Shown one piece after another: positions 34,509-45,110 of a stretch of 64,000 nt of DNA. Source of the stretch: an uncultured Pelagibacteraceae bacterium (lineage in GTDB: Bacteria > Pseudomonadota > Alphaproteobacteria > Pelagibacterales > Pelagibacteraceae); NCBI GenBank assembly GCA_902523615.1, contig CABYZW010000003.1, positions 14,336 through 78,335 of the forward strand, written 5' to 3'. Position 1 is the stretch's first letter; every line of letters begins with the position of its first letter. A program made the translations under genes and the position numbers. The notes under the pieces are model-generated. The model saw nothing but the letters and a program-made list of their open reading frames with translations. It did no database searches and had not been told where the DNA came from.

Positions 34509-35230
34509 TGAAACGTTTAGGAGTAAATATTGATCATGTAGCTACAATTAGAAATGCACGAGGTGAATATCATCCAGACCCTTTTTTTGCAGCGAAATTT
34601 GCAAAAAAATCTGGTGCTAATTCCATTACAATACACCTAAGAGAGGATAGAAGACACATTAGTGATAATGATGCAAAACGTATATGCTCAATTAAAAATC
34701 TTCTAGTTAATTTAGAAATTTCAACTAATCCTAAAATGATCAATTCTGCACTCAAATTAAACCCAAACTTTATTTGTATAGTGCCAGAAAAAAGAAAAGA
34801 AATTACTACTGAAGGCGGATTGAACCTTAAAAAAAATAAAAGTAAATTAAAAAAAATAATTTTAAGATTTAAAAAAAAAGGTATTAGAACCAGTTTATTT
34901 ATAAATCCATCCTTTGAGGATATAAGGCTCTCGAAGAATTTGAAAGCTGAATGTGTAGAAATCCATACTGGAAAAATATCAAATTTAGTTAAATCAAAAA
35001 AAAATCACTCAAAAGAATTAAAAAAAATAAAGAAATGTTCGGTACTTGCTTTTAATTTGGGTTTAGAAGTTCATGCTGGTCATGGATTAGATTATAAAAC
35101 TACTAAACTTTTGGCTAAAATAAATGAAATTAGTGAATTCAATATCGGACATTACATTGTTGGAGAGTCCGTTTTTTATGGACTTTCCAAAGTAATTAAA
35201 AATTTTAGAAAAATTATTAAAAAAAAGTAA
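34508..35230 (+). CDS. pdxJ: pyridoxine 5'-phosphate synthase
   Basis: LGVNIDHVATIRNAR, HLREDRRHI, HAGHGL, EFNIGH; GTG start. Confidence 0.97.
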   Translation: MKRLGVNIDHVATIRNARGEYHPDPFFAAKFAKKSGANSITIHLREDRRHISDNDAKRICSIKNLLVNLEISTNPKMINSALKLNPNFICIVPEKRKEITTEGGLNLKKNKSKLKKIILRFKKKGIRTSLFINPSFEDIRLSKNLKAECVEIHTGKISNLVKSKKNHSKELKKIKKCSVLAFNLGLEVHAGHGLDYKTTKLLAKINEISEFNIGHYIVGESVFYGLSKVIKNFRKIIKKK

Positions 35231-35231
35231 G

Positions 35232-35618
35232 ATGCGTATATTAGGGATCGGCGTAGATATAATTCAAAATAGAAGAATTAAATCTTTAGTTAAAAGTAAA
35301 TTATTTATTTTAAGGACTTTTGGTAATAAAGAAATTGACCTATCTAAAAAATTAAGAAATAAGACTAATTATTTTGCAAAAAGATTCGCAGCAAAAGAAG
35401 CATTAACTAAATCAATTGGCACTGGTTTTAGAAATAATCTTAATTTTAAGGATATTCAAATATTAAATGATAATAATGGTAAACCTTATTATCAGAAATC
35501 CAAAAAATTAGATAAAATTATAAATAATAGATTTAAGATAAAAAAATATGAATTGTATCTTTCAATCTCAGATGAAAAAGATTATTCAATAGCATTTACA
35601 ATTTTACAATCAAAATGA
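35232..35618 (+). CDS. acpS: holo-ACP synthase
   Basis: GIGVDI, AKRFAAKEA..K, SISDE. Confidence 0.96.
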   Translation: MRILGIGVDIIQNRRIKSLVKSKLFILRTFGNKEIDLSKKLRNKTNYFAKRFAAKEALTKSIGTGFRNNLNFKDIQILNDNNGKPYYQKSKKLDKIINNRFKIKKYELYLSISDEKDYSIAFTILQSK

Positions 35619-36352
35619 TTTTAAATAAAAAATTTTTTGTAGATAATACTAAAACTTTGATTTATGCCCTAGCTATTGCTATAATTATAAGATCTCTGTT
35701 AATACAACCATTTTATATACCCTCCTCTTCAATGGAACCTAATTTATTGGTTGGTGATAGACTTTTTGTCACAAAATACTCTTATGGTTATAGTAAACAC
35801 TCATTTCCTTTTAGTCCTCCTATTTTTAAGAACAGAATTTTATTTCAAAAACCTAGTAGAGGTGATGTCGTGGTATTTAAAACTCCTGCAGATAATAGAA
35901 CAGACTATATTAAAAGATTAATTGGATTACCAGGTGATCAAATACAGTTTATAGATGCTAATTTATACATTAATAATAGTGAAGTATTTAAATCAAGAAT
36001 TTCAAAAAAAGATAAAATTTTTTGTGGAAATAATATTATTGATGTTTTTACTTTTGAGGAATTGTTACCTAACAAAAAAAAGCATGTTACTGTTTACTTA
36101 AAGGATTTTTCTTACGATAACTCTGATTTATTTATCGTTCCAGAGGATCATTATTTCTTTTTAGGAGATAATAGAGATTGCTCAAAAGATAGTAGATTTT
36201 TAACCAGTGTCGGTTATGTTCATAAAAACAATCTTGTTGGTAAAGCTCAATTCATTTTCTTTTCTTCAGATATATCTGAAGGTAGTATTTTTTCATTTTG
36301 GAATTGGAAAAAGATAGTTCGTTTTGATAGATTTTTTAAAAAAATTAATTAA
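35615..36352 (+). CDS. lepB: signal peptidase I
   Basis: IPSSSMEPNL..GD, YIKRLIGLPGD, GDNRDCSKDSR. Confidence 0.97.
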   Translation: MILNKKFFVDNTKTLIYALAIAIIIRSLLIQPFYIPSSSMEPNLLVGDRLFVTKYSYGYSKHSFPFSPPIFKNRILFQKPSRGDVVVFKTPADNRTDYIKRLIGLPGDQIQFIDANLYINNSEVFKSRISKKDKIFCGNNIIDVFTFEELLPNKKKHVTVYLKDFSYDNSDLFIVPEDHYFFLGDNRDCSKDSRFLTSVGYVHKNNLVGKAQFIFFSSDISEGSIFSFWNWKKIVRFDRFFKKIN

Positions 36353-37020
36353 TGAAAATAGATTATCAATTATTAGAAAAAAAAATAAAAGTAAATTTTA
36401 GAAATAAAAAACTATTGATCAAATCATTAACCCATAAAAGTATTAACAAAGAACAAAACAATGAAAAACTTGAATTTTTGGGTGATAGAGTTCTAGGTTT
36501 AGTAATTGCTAAAAAACTTTTAGAAATATATCCAGATGAGAAGGAGGGAATATTAGATAAAAAATTTGCATCTTTAGTTAATAAAAAAACCTGTTTGCAA
36601 ATTGCAAAAAAAATTGAGTTAAACAAATATATCTTAATTTTAGAAGTTAAGAACAGAAAAAATGTTATTGAAGATAAAGTATTGTCAGATTGCTGTGAAG
36701 CTTTAATTGGTTCAATTTATTTGGAGAAGGGATTTAGTATAGTTGAAAAGACTATACTATTTTTATGGGCAGAACATATCAAAAATAGCGTTGTTACTCA
36801 AATTGATGCAAAAACAAAATTGCAAGAATTTTCATTAAAAAAATTCAAATCTTTGCCAATTTATAAACTTATTTCAAACACGGGACCTAAACATCGGCCA
36901 CTTTTCAAAGTGGGAGTTAAACTTATTGATACAAAATTATTTATTTCACAAGGCAAATCGAAAAAAGATGCAGAACAAAATGCTGCAATTTTATGTTTAA
37001 AGAATATGAAAGTAACATGA
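36352..37020 (+). CDS. rnc: ribonuclease III
   Basis: NEKLEFLGDRVL signature, dsRBD (KTKLQE..SKKDAEQNAA). Confidence 0.98.
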   Translation: MKIDYQLLEKKIKVNFRNKKLLIKSLTHKSINKEQNNEKLEFLGDRVLGLVIAKKLLEIYPDEKEGILDKKFASLVNKKTCLQIAKKIELNKYILILEVKNRKNVIEDKVLSDCCEALIGSIYLEKGFSIVEKTILFLWAEHIKNSVVTQIDAKTKLQEFSLKKFKSLPIYKLISNTGPKHRPLFKVGVKLIDTKLFISQGKSKKDAEQNAAILCLKNMKVT

Positions 37021-37706
37021 TTTGGGACGATACTGGTTATTTAGTATATAAAAATAAATTTAATGAAAACTCATTGATTGCAGAGGTGTTCACTAAAAAT
37101 CATGGTAAGGTAACTGGAATTATTTTCGGTGGTACATCTAGAAAAATTAAAAATTATCTTCAAATTGGAAACAAAGTTTACGTAAATTATAGTTCAAAAT
37201 CTGAAAATAAAATTGGATACTTTAAAATAGAAATATTAAAAGCCCTTTCCCCACTTTATTTTGATAATCAAAAAAAACTATTTTGTATTTCTTCAGCTAT
37301 GCAATTGATTAAGCTACTCACTGCAGAGTCACAAACTAATAAAGATATTTACCTACTTATTAATAATTTTTACGATTTATTAAATAATGATAATTGGATA
37401 AAACATTATATTTTTTGGGAATTAGATTTATTTAGTTTAATTGGATATGATTTAGACTTTGAAAAACTAGTTGATAAAAAAATTCAAGATAATAATTTTC
37501 GATATGTATCTAAATCACAATCACAAAAAAAAATTATACCTAATTTTCTTATTGATAAAAATAATAATAGTGAAGAATTGGCAAATTTATTAAATGGCTT
37601 AAAAATACTTGGTGATTTTCTTGAAAAAACAATTTTAAGACCAAATAATCTTAGCCAACCTACTAATAGACTTCAGTTTATAAGTTCTTTAAAGTATTCA
37701 TTTTAA
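37017..37706 (+). CDS. recO: DNA repair protein RecO
   Basis: MIWDDTG..E..FTKNHG OB-fold start, WELDL..IGY; follows rnc with ATGA overlap. Confidence 0.88.
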   Translation: MIWDDTGYLVYKNKFNENSLIAEVFTKNHGKVTGIIFGGTSRKIKNYLQIGNKVYVNYSSKSENKIGYFKIEILKALSPLYFDNQKKLFCISSAMQLIKLLTAESQTNKDIYLLINNFYDLLNNDNWIKHYIFWELDLFSLIGYDLDFEKLVDKKIQDNNFRYVSKSQSQKKIIPNFLIDKNNNSEELANLLNGLKILGDFLEKTILRPNNLSQPTNRLQFISSLKYSF

Positions 37707-38687
37707 AATTTTATCTAATCTATCCGCGTAATAACTTACAATTGCATTGGCTCCAGCTCTTTTGAAAGCAATTAAACTTTCTACAACAGCCCCATTATCG
37801 ATAATACCTTTATTTATGGCATTTGCTAACAGGCTGTACTCTCCTGAAACTTGATAAGCCATTACAGGAATTTTAAAGTTTTCTTTAACTAGACTGATTA
37901 TATCTAAATAGGGTAGACCTGGTTTAACCATAACCATGTCGGCACCTTCTTTTATATCAAGAGCAACTTCTCTAAGAGCTTCGTTACTGTTTCTAAAGTC
38001 CATTTGATAATTCTTTTTGTTTCCTTTAAGTAACCTTTTTGATCCAACAGCATCTCTAAAAGGTCCATAAAAACTTGAGGCATATTTGATAGCATATGAA
38101 AGAATTTGAGTTAGTTTATATCCATTTTTATCAAGTGAAGTGCGTATTCTTCCAATTCTTCCATCCATCATATCGGATGGTGCTAAAACATCACAACCCA
38201 TTTCAGCTTGAAGCAAAGATTGATTAATTAAGACTTCAATTGTCTCATCATTTAAAACATAATTAGATTTTAAAATACCATCATGACCATGTAATGTATA
38301 TGGATCTAATGCTACATCACACATTAAACCAATTTGATTTTTATATCTATTCTTAATATATCTTAATGCCTGACAAACTAAATTATTTTCATTAAGAGCT
38401 TCAGTTCCTAAAGAATTTTTTTTTTTATTTTCAGTATATGGAAATAAAGCTACCATAGGGATTTTATTTTTTATGGCCCTATCAATAACCAAATCTAATT
38501 TATTAATAGTATATCTATAAACACCAGGCATTGATTTAATTGATTGTTTTTTATTTTTTCCTTCAATTAAAAAAATTGGTAAAATAAAATCATTTGGAGA
38601 TAGACTATTTTCCTCAATTAATCTTCTTGACCAATCATTTTTTCGGCTGCGTCTAAGTCTTAAGCTTGGAAATTTACCTGTAATCAT
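37698..38687 (-). CDS. hemB: porphobilinogen synthase
   Basis: DVALDPYT.HGHDG, APSDMMDGR, FYGPFRDA, MVKPG, AYQVSGEY. Confidence 0.98.
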   Translation of the reverse strand: MITGKFPSLRLRRSRKNDWSRRLIEENSLSPNDFILPIFLIEGKNKKQSIKSMPGVYRYTINKLDLVIDRAIKNKIPMVALFPYTENKKKNSLGTEALNENNLVCQALRYIKNRYKNQIGLMCDVALDPYTLHGHDGILKSNYVLNDETIEVLINQSLLQAEMGCDVLAPSDMMDGRIGRIRTSLDKNGYKLTQILSYAIKYASSFYGPFRDAVGSKRLLKGNKKNYQMDFRNSNEALREVALDIKEGADMVMVKPGLPYLDIISLVKENFKIPVMAYQVSGEYSLLANAINKGIIDNGAVVESLIAFKRAGANAIVSYYADRLDKILK

Positions 38688-38759
38688 CTTTAAATATATT
38701 TATAATATGCGACAAATGTTATATACAAATATAACTTAAAAAAGATATTAAACAATCTT

Positions 38760-39350
38760 ATGAAATTAAATTTTGACGATTTTCAGAAACAAGAAGTCAG
38801 TTTTGACATCAATGAACTTCAAAAAGCTTATAAAGAGATACTAAAAATAAAAGATTTTAGTGGAGTAGATGGTGTTTCAAATTTTGGAGCTATTTCTTTA
38901 ACTCAAATACCTGGAGATCCTGATTCTATTAAAGGAAACAAAGCTAGAGGTGTTTTTTGGACAAAACCAGATAAGTCAGGGAGAGAAGTTGTAAGAGATG
39001 AAATAATTGACGAAGCAGCTTATTCAGAATTTATTGAAGATTATAAAGAAACATATTTCAAAGAAGTTTTTGAAGTTTTGTCATCAAAATACAAATTAGG
39101 AAGAGTAAGAATATTATTAAAAGAGCCCAGATCAACTTTAAGCTGGCATAGAGATCCAGAGCCTCGACTTCACATACCTATAATTACTAACCCAGGTTCT
39201 ATAATGGTAATTGATAATGTTGCAAAACATTTACCAGCTGATGGGTCTGTTTGGATAACAAATAATACAAAGTACCATAATGCCTTCAATGGTGGTGAAG
39301 AAAATAGAATTCATTTGGTAGCATGCGTATTAGACCATAAATTTAATTAA
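38760..39350 (+). CDS. aspartyl/asparaginyl beta-hydroxylase-like 2OG-Fe(II) oxygenase
   Basis: HxD (WHRD), RLHIPI.TN, distal His (YHNAFN) and Arg (NRIHLV). Confidence 0.75.
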   Translation: MKLNFDDFQKQEVSFDINELQKAYKEILKIKDFSGVDGVSNFGAISLTQIPGDPDSIKGNKARGVFWTKPDKSGREVVRDEIIDEAAYSEFIEDYKETYFKEVFEVLSSKYKLGRVRILLKEPRSTLSWHRDPEPRLHIPIITNPGSIMVIDNVAKHLPADGSVWITNNTKYHNAFNGGEENRIHLVACVLDHKFN

Positions 39351-39351
39351 A

Positions 39352-39777
39352 TTGAAAAAAATATATATATCATCAGATCACGCTGGCTATAATTTAAAAG
39401 AACAGATTAAAAAGAAATTTTATAATAAGTTTTTATTTGAAGATTTGGGCACCAACAACTCTAAAACTTCTGTAAACTATCCCGATTACGCTCATAAATT
39501 ATCCAAAAAGGTATCTAATAATAGTAAAAATTTGGGAATTCTAGTTTGTGGTTCAGGCATGGGAATGTCTATGGCGGCAAATAAACACAAAAAAATAAGA
39601 GCTGCAGTGTGTTATTCGGTAAAAAACGCAAAATTATCTAGATTGCATAACAACGCAAATATTATTACATTAGGGTCTAGATTAACAAAAAAAAATATAG
39701 CCTTTAAATGTATTGAAGTTTTTGTTAATACTAAGTTTGAAGGTGGTAGACACAAAAAAAGAATAAAAAAAATATAA
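39352..39777 (+). CDS. rpiB: ribose-5-phosphate isomerase B
   Basis: [30 protein letters not shown]; TTG start. Confidence 0.95.
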   Translation: MKKIYISSDHAGYNLKEQIKKKFYNKFLFEDLGTNNSKTSVNYPDYAHKLSKKVSNNSKNLGILVCGSGMGMSMAANKHKKIRAAVCYSVKNAKLSRLHNNANIITLGSRLTKKNIAFKCIEVFVNTKFEGGRHKKRIKKI

Positions 39778-39782
39778 TAAAT

Positions 39783-41096
39783 ATGTCAAGTGAAACTAAA
39801 TATTTAAATTCTGAGTATCAAGATTTTTTTGAAAGAAGTCTTTCTGACGCCGATCCTGATTTATTTAAAGCTATCAATGATGAATTAATAAGACAACAAA
39901 ACCATATTGAGCTTATTGCATCAGAGAACATCGTATCTCAGGCAGTGTTAGAGGCTCAAGGATCTGTTCTTACAAATAAATATGCTGAAGGTTATCCAGG
40001 AAAAAGATATTACAACGGTTGTGAACATGTTGATGTAGCAGAACAATTAGCATTAGAGAGAATAAAAAAATTATTTAATTGCAAATATGCTAATGTGCAA
40101 CCACACTCAGGAGCTCAAGCTAATGGTGCAGTTTTTTTAGCTTTGTTAAAACCTAATGATACATTTATGGGTATGAGCTTAAATTCAGGTGGTCACATAA
40201 CTCATGGTTTAAAAATTTCTATGTCTGGAAAATGGTTTAATGCAATAAACTATGATGTTGATAAAAAATCTGAGCTCATCGATTATGATAATGTTGAAAA
40301 ACTAGCTTTAGAACATAAACCAAAACTAATTATTGCTGGTGGTAGTGCTTATTCAAGAGTTATTGATTTTAAAAGATTTAGAGAAATAGCAGATAAAGTT
40401 GGAGCTTATTTCATGGTTGACATGGCACATTTTTCTGGATTAGTAGCAGGTAAAGGGTATCCAAATCCTTGTGATTATGCACATGTTGTAACTTCAACTA
40501 CACATAAAGTTTTTAGAAGTGCGAGAGGTGGAATAATTTTATCTAACGATGAAGAATTAGGGAAAAAATTTAACACTGCTGTTTTCCCTGGTTATCAAGG
40601 TGGACCATTGATGCATGTTATTGCAGCTAAAGCAGCTGGGTTTTTTGAGGCATTAAAACCAGAATTTCAAACATATATTAAAAATGTTTTAGCTAATGCT
40701 AAAATGTTGGCTGAAACATTAAAAAACAATGGTTTTAAAATTTACTCTGGAGGAACTGACACTCATTTAATGTTAGTGGATTTAAGACCTTTTAATGTAA
40801 AAGGAAATTTAGCATCTGAAAGCTTAAGTAGGGCAAACATAACTTGTAATAAAAACGGAATACCTTTTGACACAGAAAAACCTATGATTACATCAGGTAT
40901 CAGATTAGGCTCACAAGCAGCTACAACAAGAGGATTTGGATTAAAAGAATTTGAGAAAGTTGGTGAATTAATAACTAAAGTTATAAAAGGTTTATCTGAA
41001 AATCCTGAAGATAATAGTAAAGTGGAAAATGAAGTTAGAAATGAAGTTATAAATTTGTGCTCTAATTTTCCAATTTATAAAAACTTGAATAAATGA
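39783..41096 (+). CDS. glyA: serine hydroxymethyltransferase
   Basis: [29 protein letters not shown] lysine, QGGPLMH. Confidence 0.99.
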   Translation: MSSETKYLNSEYQDFFERSLSDADPDLFKAINDELIRQQNHIELIASENIVSQAVLEAQGSVLTNKYAEGYPGKRYYNGCEHVDVAEQLALERIKKLFNCKYANVQPHSGAQANGAVFLALLKPNDTFMGMSLNSGGHITHGLKISMSGKWFNAINYDVDKKSELIDYDNVEKLALEHKPKLIIAGGSAYSRVIDFKRFREIADKVGAYFMVDMAHFSGLVAGKGYPNPCDYAHVVTSTTHKVFRSARGGIILSNDEELGKKFNTAVFPGYQGGPLMHVIAAKAAGFFEALKPEFQTYIKNVLANAKMLAETLKNNGFKIYSGGTDTHLMLVDLRPFNVKGNLASESLSRANITCNKNGIPFDTEKPMITSGIRLGSQAATTRGFGLKEFEKVGELITKVIKGLSENPEDNSKVENEVRNEVINLCSNFPIYKNLNK

Positions 41097-41551
41097 TCTG
41101 CTCCATATGCAAGAAAGGAGAAACTTCAGTTGTAGACTCTAGACCAACCGAAGATGGCACTGCTATTAGAAGAAGAAGATTATGTGTATGCGGTGCTAGG
41201 TTTACAACTTTTGAAAGAGTTCAATATAGAGAAATAATAGTAGTTAAAAAAAATGGAAGAAAATCTGCTTTTGATAGGGACAAATTAGCTAAATCAATTT
41301 TTATTGCTTTAAAAAAAAGGCCCATAGACACTGAAACAACAGAAAAATTCATTAGTCGTTTATCTAGATCATTGGAGGAATTAGGACAAAGTGAAATTTT
41401 AAGTAGTACTATTGGCACAATGGTTATGGAAGGTTTAAAAGAACTTGATCCAGTAGCATATGTCAGATTTGCGTCTGTTTACAGAAACTTCAGAGAAGAA
41501 AAAGATTTTGTACAATTTGTGGACAAAATAGATGTCTTCAAGAAAAGGTAA
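41093..41551 (+). CDS. nrdR: transcriptional repressor NrdR
   Basis: VVDSR..IRRRR.C..RFTTFE, ATP-cone, [10 protein letters not shown]. Confidence 0.97.
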   Translation: MICSICKKGETSVVDSRPTEDGTAIRRRRLCVCGARFTTFERVQYREIIVVKKNGRKSAFDRDKLAKSIFIALKKRPIDTETTEKFISRLSRSLEELGQSEILSSTIGTMVMEGLKELDPVAYVRFASVYRNFREEKDFVQFVDKIDVFKKR

Positions 41552-42638
41552 ATTTTCATCGAAAGATAAGAATTACATGAAACTTGCTCTAAATCTGGCA
41601 AGAGCTCGAAATGGATTAACCGGAGACAATCCATCAGTTGGATGTTTAATTGTAAAAGAAGATAAAATTATTTCTATTGGCCAGACGGGTTTTAATGGAA
41701 GACCACATGCAGAACACAGCGCAATAAAAAATTCATTCGAAAAATTAAAAGGTTCAAAAATGTATGTAAGCCTTGAACCTTGCTGTCACTATGGAAAAAC
41801 CCCACCATGTACAAAAAGTATAATCAAAAGTGGTATTAGTGAATTAATTTATTCGATGGAGGATATTGATGATAGAGTTAAAGGAAAAAGTTTTAAGGTT
41901 TTATCAAATAAAAAAATTAAAGTCAGAACAGGTCTCTTGAAAGAAAGTGCAAAAAAAATTTATGAGTCTTATATAAAGAATAGAACCAAAAAATTACCTT
42001 ATATTACTGCTAAAATTGCAGTTTCAAAAAATAGTTTAATTTATAGTAAGGGATCTGAAAGAATAACTGATAAAAATTCAGACAAAATTACTCATTATTT
42101 ACGTTATAAAAATGACTCTATAATGATTTCAAGTAAAACTCTTAATATAGATAATCCAAAGTTAAATTGTAGATTAAAAGGATATGAAAAATTTTCTCCA
42201 AAAAGAATAATTCTAGATAAAGACTTAAAGATTGAATTTAAAAGCTATATTTTTAATTCAGTGAAAAAAAATAATACGATACTTTTTTATAATACACCAA
42301 ATTTTAAAAAAATTAAAGTTTTAAAAAAAAAAGGAATAACTTTGATTAAAACTAAATTAGATCATGAGCAACTGCTTGATTTAAAGATAATTTTAAAAAA
42401 ATTGTTTGTTTTAGGTGTCCGAAATTTACTAGTTGAAGGTGGTGATAAAATAACAAAAAATTTATTAAAAAAAAAATTGGTAGATAGATTTTATTTATTT
42501 CAAAGTCCTAAAATCTTAAAAAAAGGTAAAAAAAGTCAAGGTTTTACTTCCTTCAAAATTTTAAATAATAAATATATAAAAGTGTCAAGAATTACATCTA
42601 GTGTAGCAAAAGATAATATTACAATCTATAAAAGATAA
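41532..42638 (+). CDS. ribD: riboflavin biosynthesis deaminase/reductase
   Basis: [32 protein letters not shown]. Confidence 0.96.
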   Translation: MSSRKGKFSSKDKNYMKLALNLARARNGLTGDNPSVGCLIVKEDKIISIGQTGFNGRPHAEHSAIKNSFEKLKGSKMYVSLEPCCHYGKTPPCTKSIIKSGISELIYSMEDIDDRVKGKSFKVLSNKKIKVRTGLLKESAKKIYESYIKNRTKKLPYITAKIAVSKNSLIYSKGSERITDKNSDKITHYLRYKNDSIMISSKTLNIDNPKLNCRLKGYEKFSPKRIILDKDLKIEFKSYIFNSVKKNNTILFYNTPNFKKIKVLKKKGITLIKTKLDHEQLLDLKIILKKLFVLGVRNLLVEGGDKITKNLLKKKLVDRFYLFQSPKILKKGKKSQGFTSFKILNNKYIKVSRITSSVAKDNITIYKR

Positions 42639-42639
42639 A

Positions 42640-43233
42640 ATGTTTAACGGAATTATATTTAATAAGGGCTATATCAAAAAAATTTCTAAAAGGTCAAAAG
42701 GTATCAATATTTTTGTGAAATCAGACTTCAAACTAAATTTTAAAGATATCGGAGTTTCTATTGCATGTGATGGAGTATGTTTAACATTGATAAATATTCA
42801 TAATAAAATTATGGAATTTTATCTTTCCAATGAAACAATAAAAAGATCAAAATTTAAGCATTTAAAAGTTAATGATATAATAAATTTAGAATTACCACTT
42901 AAATACGGTCAAAAAATTTCAGGTCATATATGTCAGGGCCATATAGACACAACAGGTAAAACTTTAAGTGTTAAAAAAGTTGACAAATCCTACATATTTG
43001 ACTTTGAAATTAATTCAAAGGAAAGAAAAAATATCATTGAAAAAGCATCAATATGTGTGAATGGAATTTCATTAACTGTTTCAAAAAAAACAAAAAAAGG
43101 TTTTCAAATTTGGGTGATCCCACATACTTACAAATTAACCAATCTATCAAATGTAAAAAAGGGTAACTTAGTAAATATAGAAATAGATATTCTCTCAAAA
43201 TACGTTAAAAACTTTTTTAATGAAAAAAAGTAA
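42640..43233 (+). CDS. ribE: riboflavin synthase (alpha)
   Basis: MFNGII, SIACDGVCLT, GHI.QGHID, VNIEIDILSKY. Confidence 0.95.
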   Translation: MFNGIIFNKGYIKKISKRSKGINIFVKSDFKLNFKDIGVSIACDGVCLTLINIHNKIMEFYLSNETIKRSKFKHLKVNDIINLELPLKYGQKISGHICQGHIDTTGKTLSVKKVDKSYIFDFEINSKERKNIIEKASICVNGISLTVSKKTKKGFQIWVIPHTYKLTNLSNVKKGNLVNIEIDILSKYVKNFFNEKK

Positions 43234-44320
43234 TTACTCAACAATTGAAACTATTATTAAAATTGCCAAAAAAGGTGGGATGTTCATTTTAGTTGATGAC
43301 GAAAAAAGAGAAAACGAAGGAGATTTGGTTATCTCAACTAGCGATACTAACTCAAAAAATATAAACTTTATGGCTAAATATGGAAGAGGATTAATTTGTC
43401 TAGCTTTAGATAGTTTACAAGCAAAGAGATTGAATTTATCGCTCATGTCTCCAATTAATGAATCTAGAAACAAAACTGCATTTACAATATCTATTGAAGC
43501 AAAAAAAGGAATTACTACAGGCATTTCTGCAAAAGATCGAGCCAGAACTATAAGGATCGCATCTAAAAAAAATGTAAATAAGAAAGATATTGTATCACCG
43601 GGTCATGTTTTTCCAATTATAGCCAGAGATGGTGGAGTGCTTGTTAGGGCAGGGCACACTGAAGCTTCTGTAGATATTTCTAAGTTAGCAAAAAAAAATA
43701 ACTCAGCAGTTATCTGTGAAATAATGAATGAAGATGGTACGATGGCAAAAGGTCAAGATTTATTTAGTTTTGCACAAAAACACAATTTAAAGATTGGAAA
43801 AATAGAAGATTTAATTTCTTATCGTTTAAAAAAAGAAAAATTAATTAAGCTTAAGAAATCTTCTGATATTAAGATTAAAAATCAAAACTATAAAATTAAG
43901 ATATATGAAAATTTACTTGATGGTTCAGAACATTTTGCTCTGATAAAAGGAAATGTAAAAAAAGGTACTATCCCAAGAGTAAGAGTTATCTCCTCAAATA
44001 TATTACATAATTATTTGATTAATCAACAATTGCCCAATTCATTTAACAAGACTTTAAATTATTTTAAAAAGTTCAATAATTGTATCTTGGTTTTTATTAA
44101 AGACACAAATCTTAAGTCAGTTACACAAACACTTAAAGATTATAAAAATAAAGAATCTTATAAAAAGCGAAGTGAAAAATTAATAAGAAATTATGGAATA
44201 GGTGCTCAAATAATTAAAGATTTAAAAGTAAAAAAAATGATATTAATTACAAAATCATTAAAAAAGGTTATTGGTTTAGAAGGTTATGATATAAAGATAA
44301 CTAAACAAGAATTAATTTAA
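43220..44320 (+). CDS. ribB: DHBP synthase fused to a degenerate GTP cyclohydrolase II domain (RibBX)
   Basis: VDDEKRENEGD, PGHVFP, RAGHTEA; C-terminal domain lacks the Cys zinc ligands. Confidence 0.92.
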   Translation: MKKSNYSTIETIIKIAKKGGMFILVDDEKRENEGDLVISTSDTNSKNINFMAKYGRGLICLALDSLQAKRLNLSLMSPINESRNKTAFTISIEAKKGITTGISAKDRARTIRIASKKNVNKKDIVSPGHVFPIIARDGGVLVRAGHTEASVDISKLAKKNNSAVICEIMNEDGTMAKGQDLFSFAQKHNLKIGKIEDLISYRLKKEKLIKLKKSSDIKIKNQNYKIKIYENLLDGSEHFALIKGNVKKGTIPRVRVISSNILHNYLINQQLPNSFNKTLNYFKKFNNCILVFIKDTNLKSVTQTLKDYKNKESYKKRSEKLIRNYGIGAQIIKDLKVKKMILITKSLKKVIGLEGYDIKITKQELI

Positions 44321-44706
44321 TGAAAAAAAATTTCTTAATAATCAATGCTAATTATTACAAGGAAATATCGAATGGTTTATTAAAAAGTGCAATAAAGTTA
44401 TTGCCTAGAAATTCAAAAATTAAGATAATAAATGTTCCTGGTGTATTTGAAATTCCAGTTACAATTTCTAAAAATTTAAAAAAATTTGATGCTTTTATCG
44501 CCCTTGGATGTGTAATAAAAGGTCAAACACCACATTTTGATTTCATTTCAAGAGCATCAACTTATGCCATTATGAAATTGTCAATAAATTCAAAAAAACC
44601 AATTGGTAACGGTATAATAACTTGCTTAAATATGAGGCAAGCAAGAGTTAGAAAAAAAAAGGGTGCTGAAGCTGCAAAAGCTGTTTTATCAGTTTTATCA
44701 CAATAA
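44320..44706 (+). CDS. ribH: lumazine synthase
   Basis: VPGVFEIP, ALGCVIKGQTPHFD, KGAEAA. Confidence 0.96.
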   Translation: MKKNFLIINANYYKEISNGLLKSAIKLLPRNSKIKIINVPGVFEIPVTISKNLKKFDAFIALGCVIKGQTPHFDFISRASTYAIMKLSINSKKPIGNGIITCLNMRQARVRKKKGAEAAKAVLSVLSQ

Positions 44707-45110
44707 TGAAAGTTTCGTTTAGCCCAAAAAATAATCCTAGAGTTATAATTATTCAAAAGTTATATGGCAAGTTTTTTAATGATGACGAAGAAATTACCTA
44801 TCCAAAACATAGATTTAAAAAATTTATCAAAGATATTGTTTCAGGTACCTTAGAACGTAACGATGTAATAATAGAAGAATTAGAAAAAAATTTGGGAGAT
44901 AAATTTTCTTTTAGTAATTTAGATAAATTATTTCAAGTCATCTTGAAGTCAGCTACTTATGAATTTTTGTATAAACCGAATTTATCTATAAAAATAATAA
45001 TTAAAGAATATCTTGATGCGTCAAATTTCTTTATAGATGATACTCAAACAAAATATCTAAATGCTTTATTAGATAATATCGCCAAGAAACTAAGACAGTC
45101 TAATGCATGA
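44706..45110 (+). CDS. nusB: transcription antitermination factor NusB
   Basis: ribH-nusB-thiL synteny; IL..ATYE, IIKEY, LNALLD. Confidence 0.88.
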   Translation: MKVSFSPKNNPRVIIIQKLYGKFFNDDEEITYPKHRFKKFIKDIVSGTLERNDVIIEELEKNLGDKFSFSNLDKLFQVILKSATYEFLYKPNLSIKIIIKEYLDASNFFIDDTQTKYLNALLDNIAKKLRQSNA

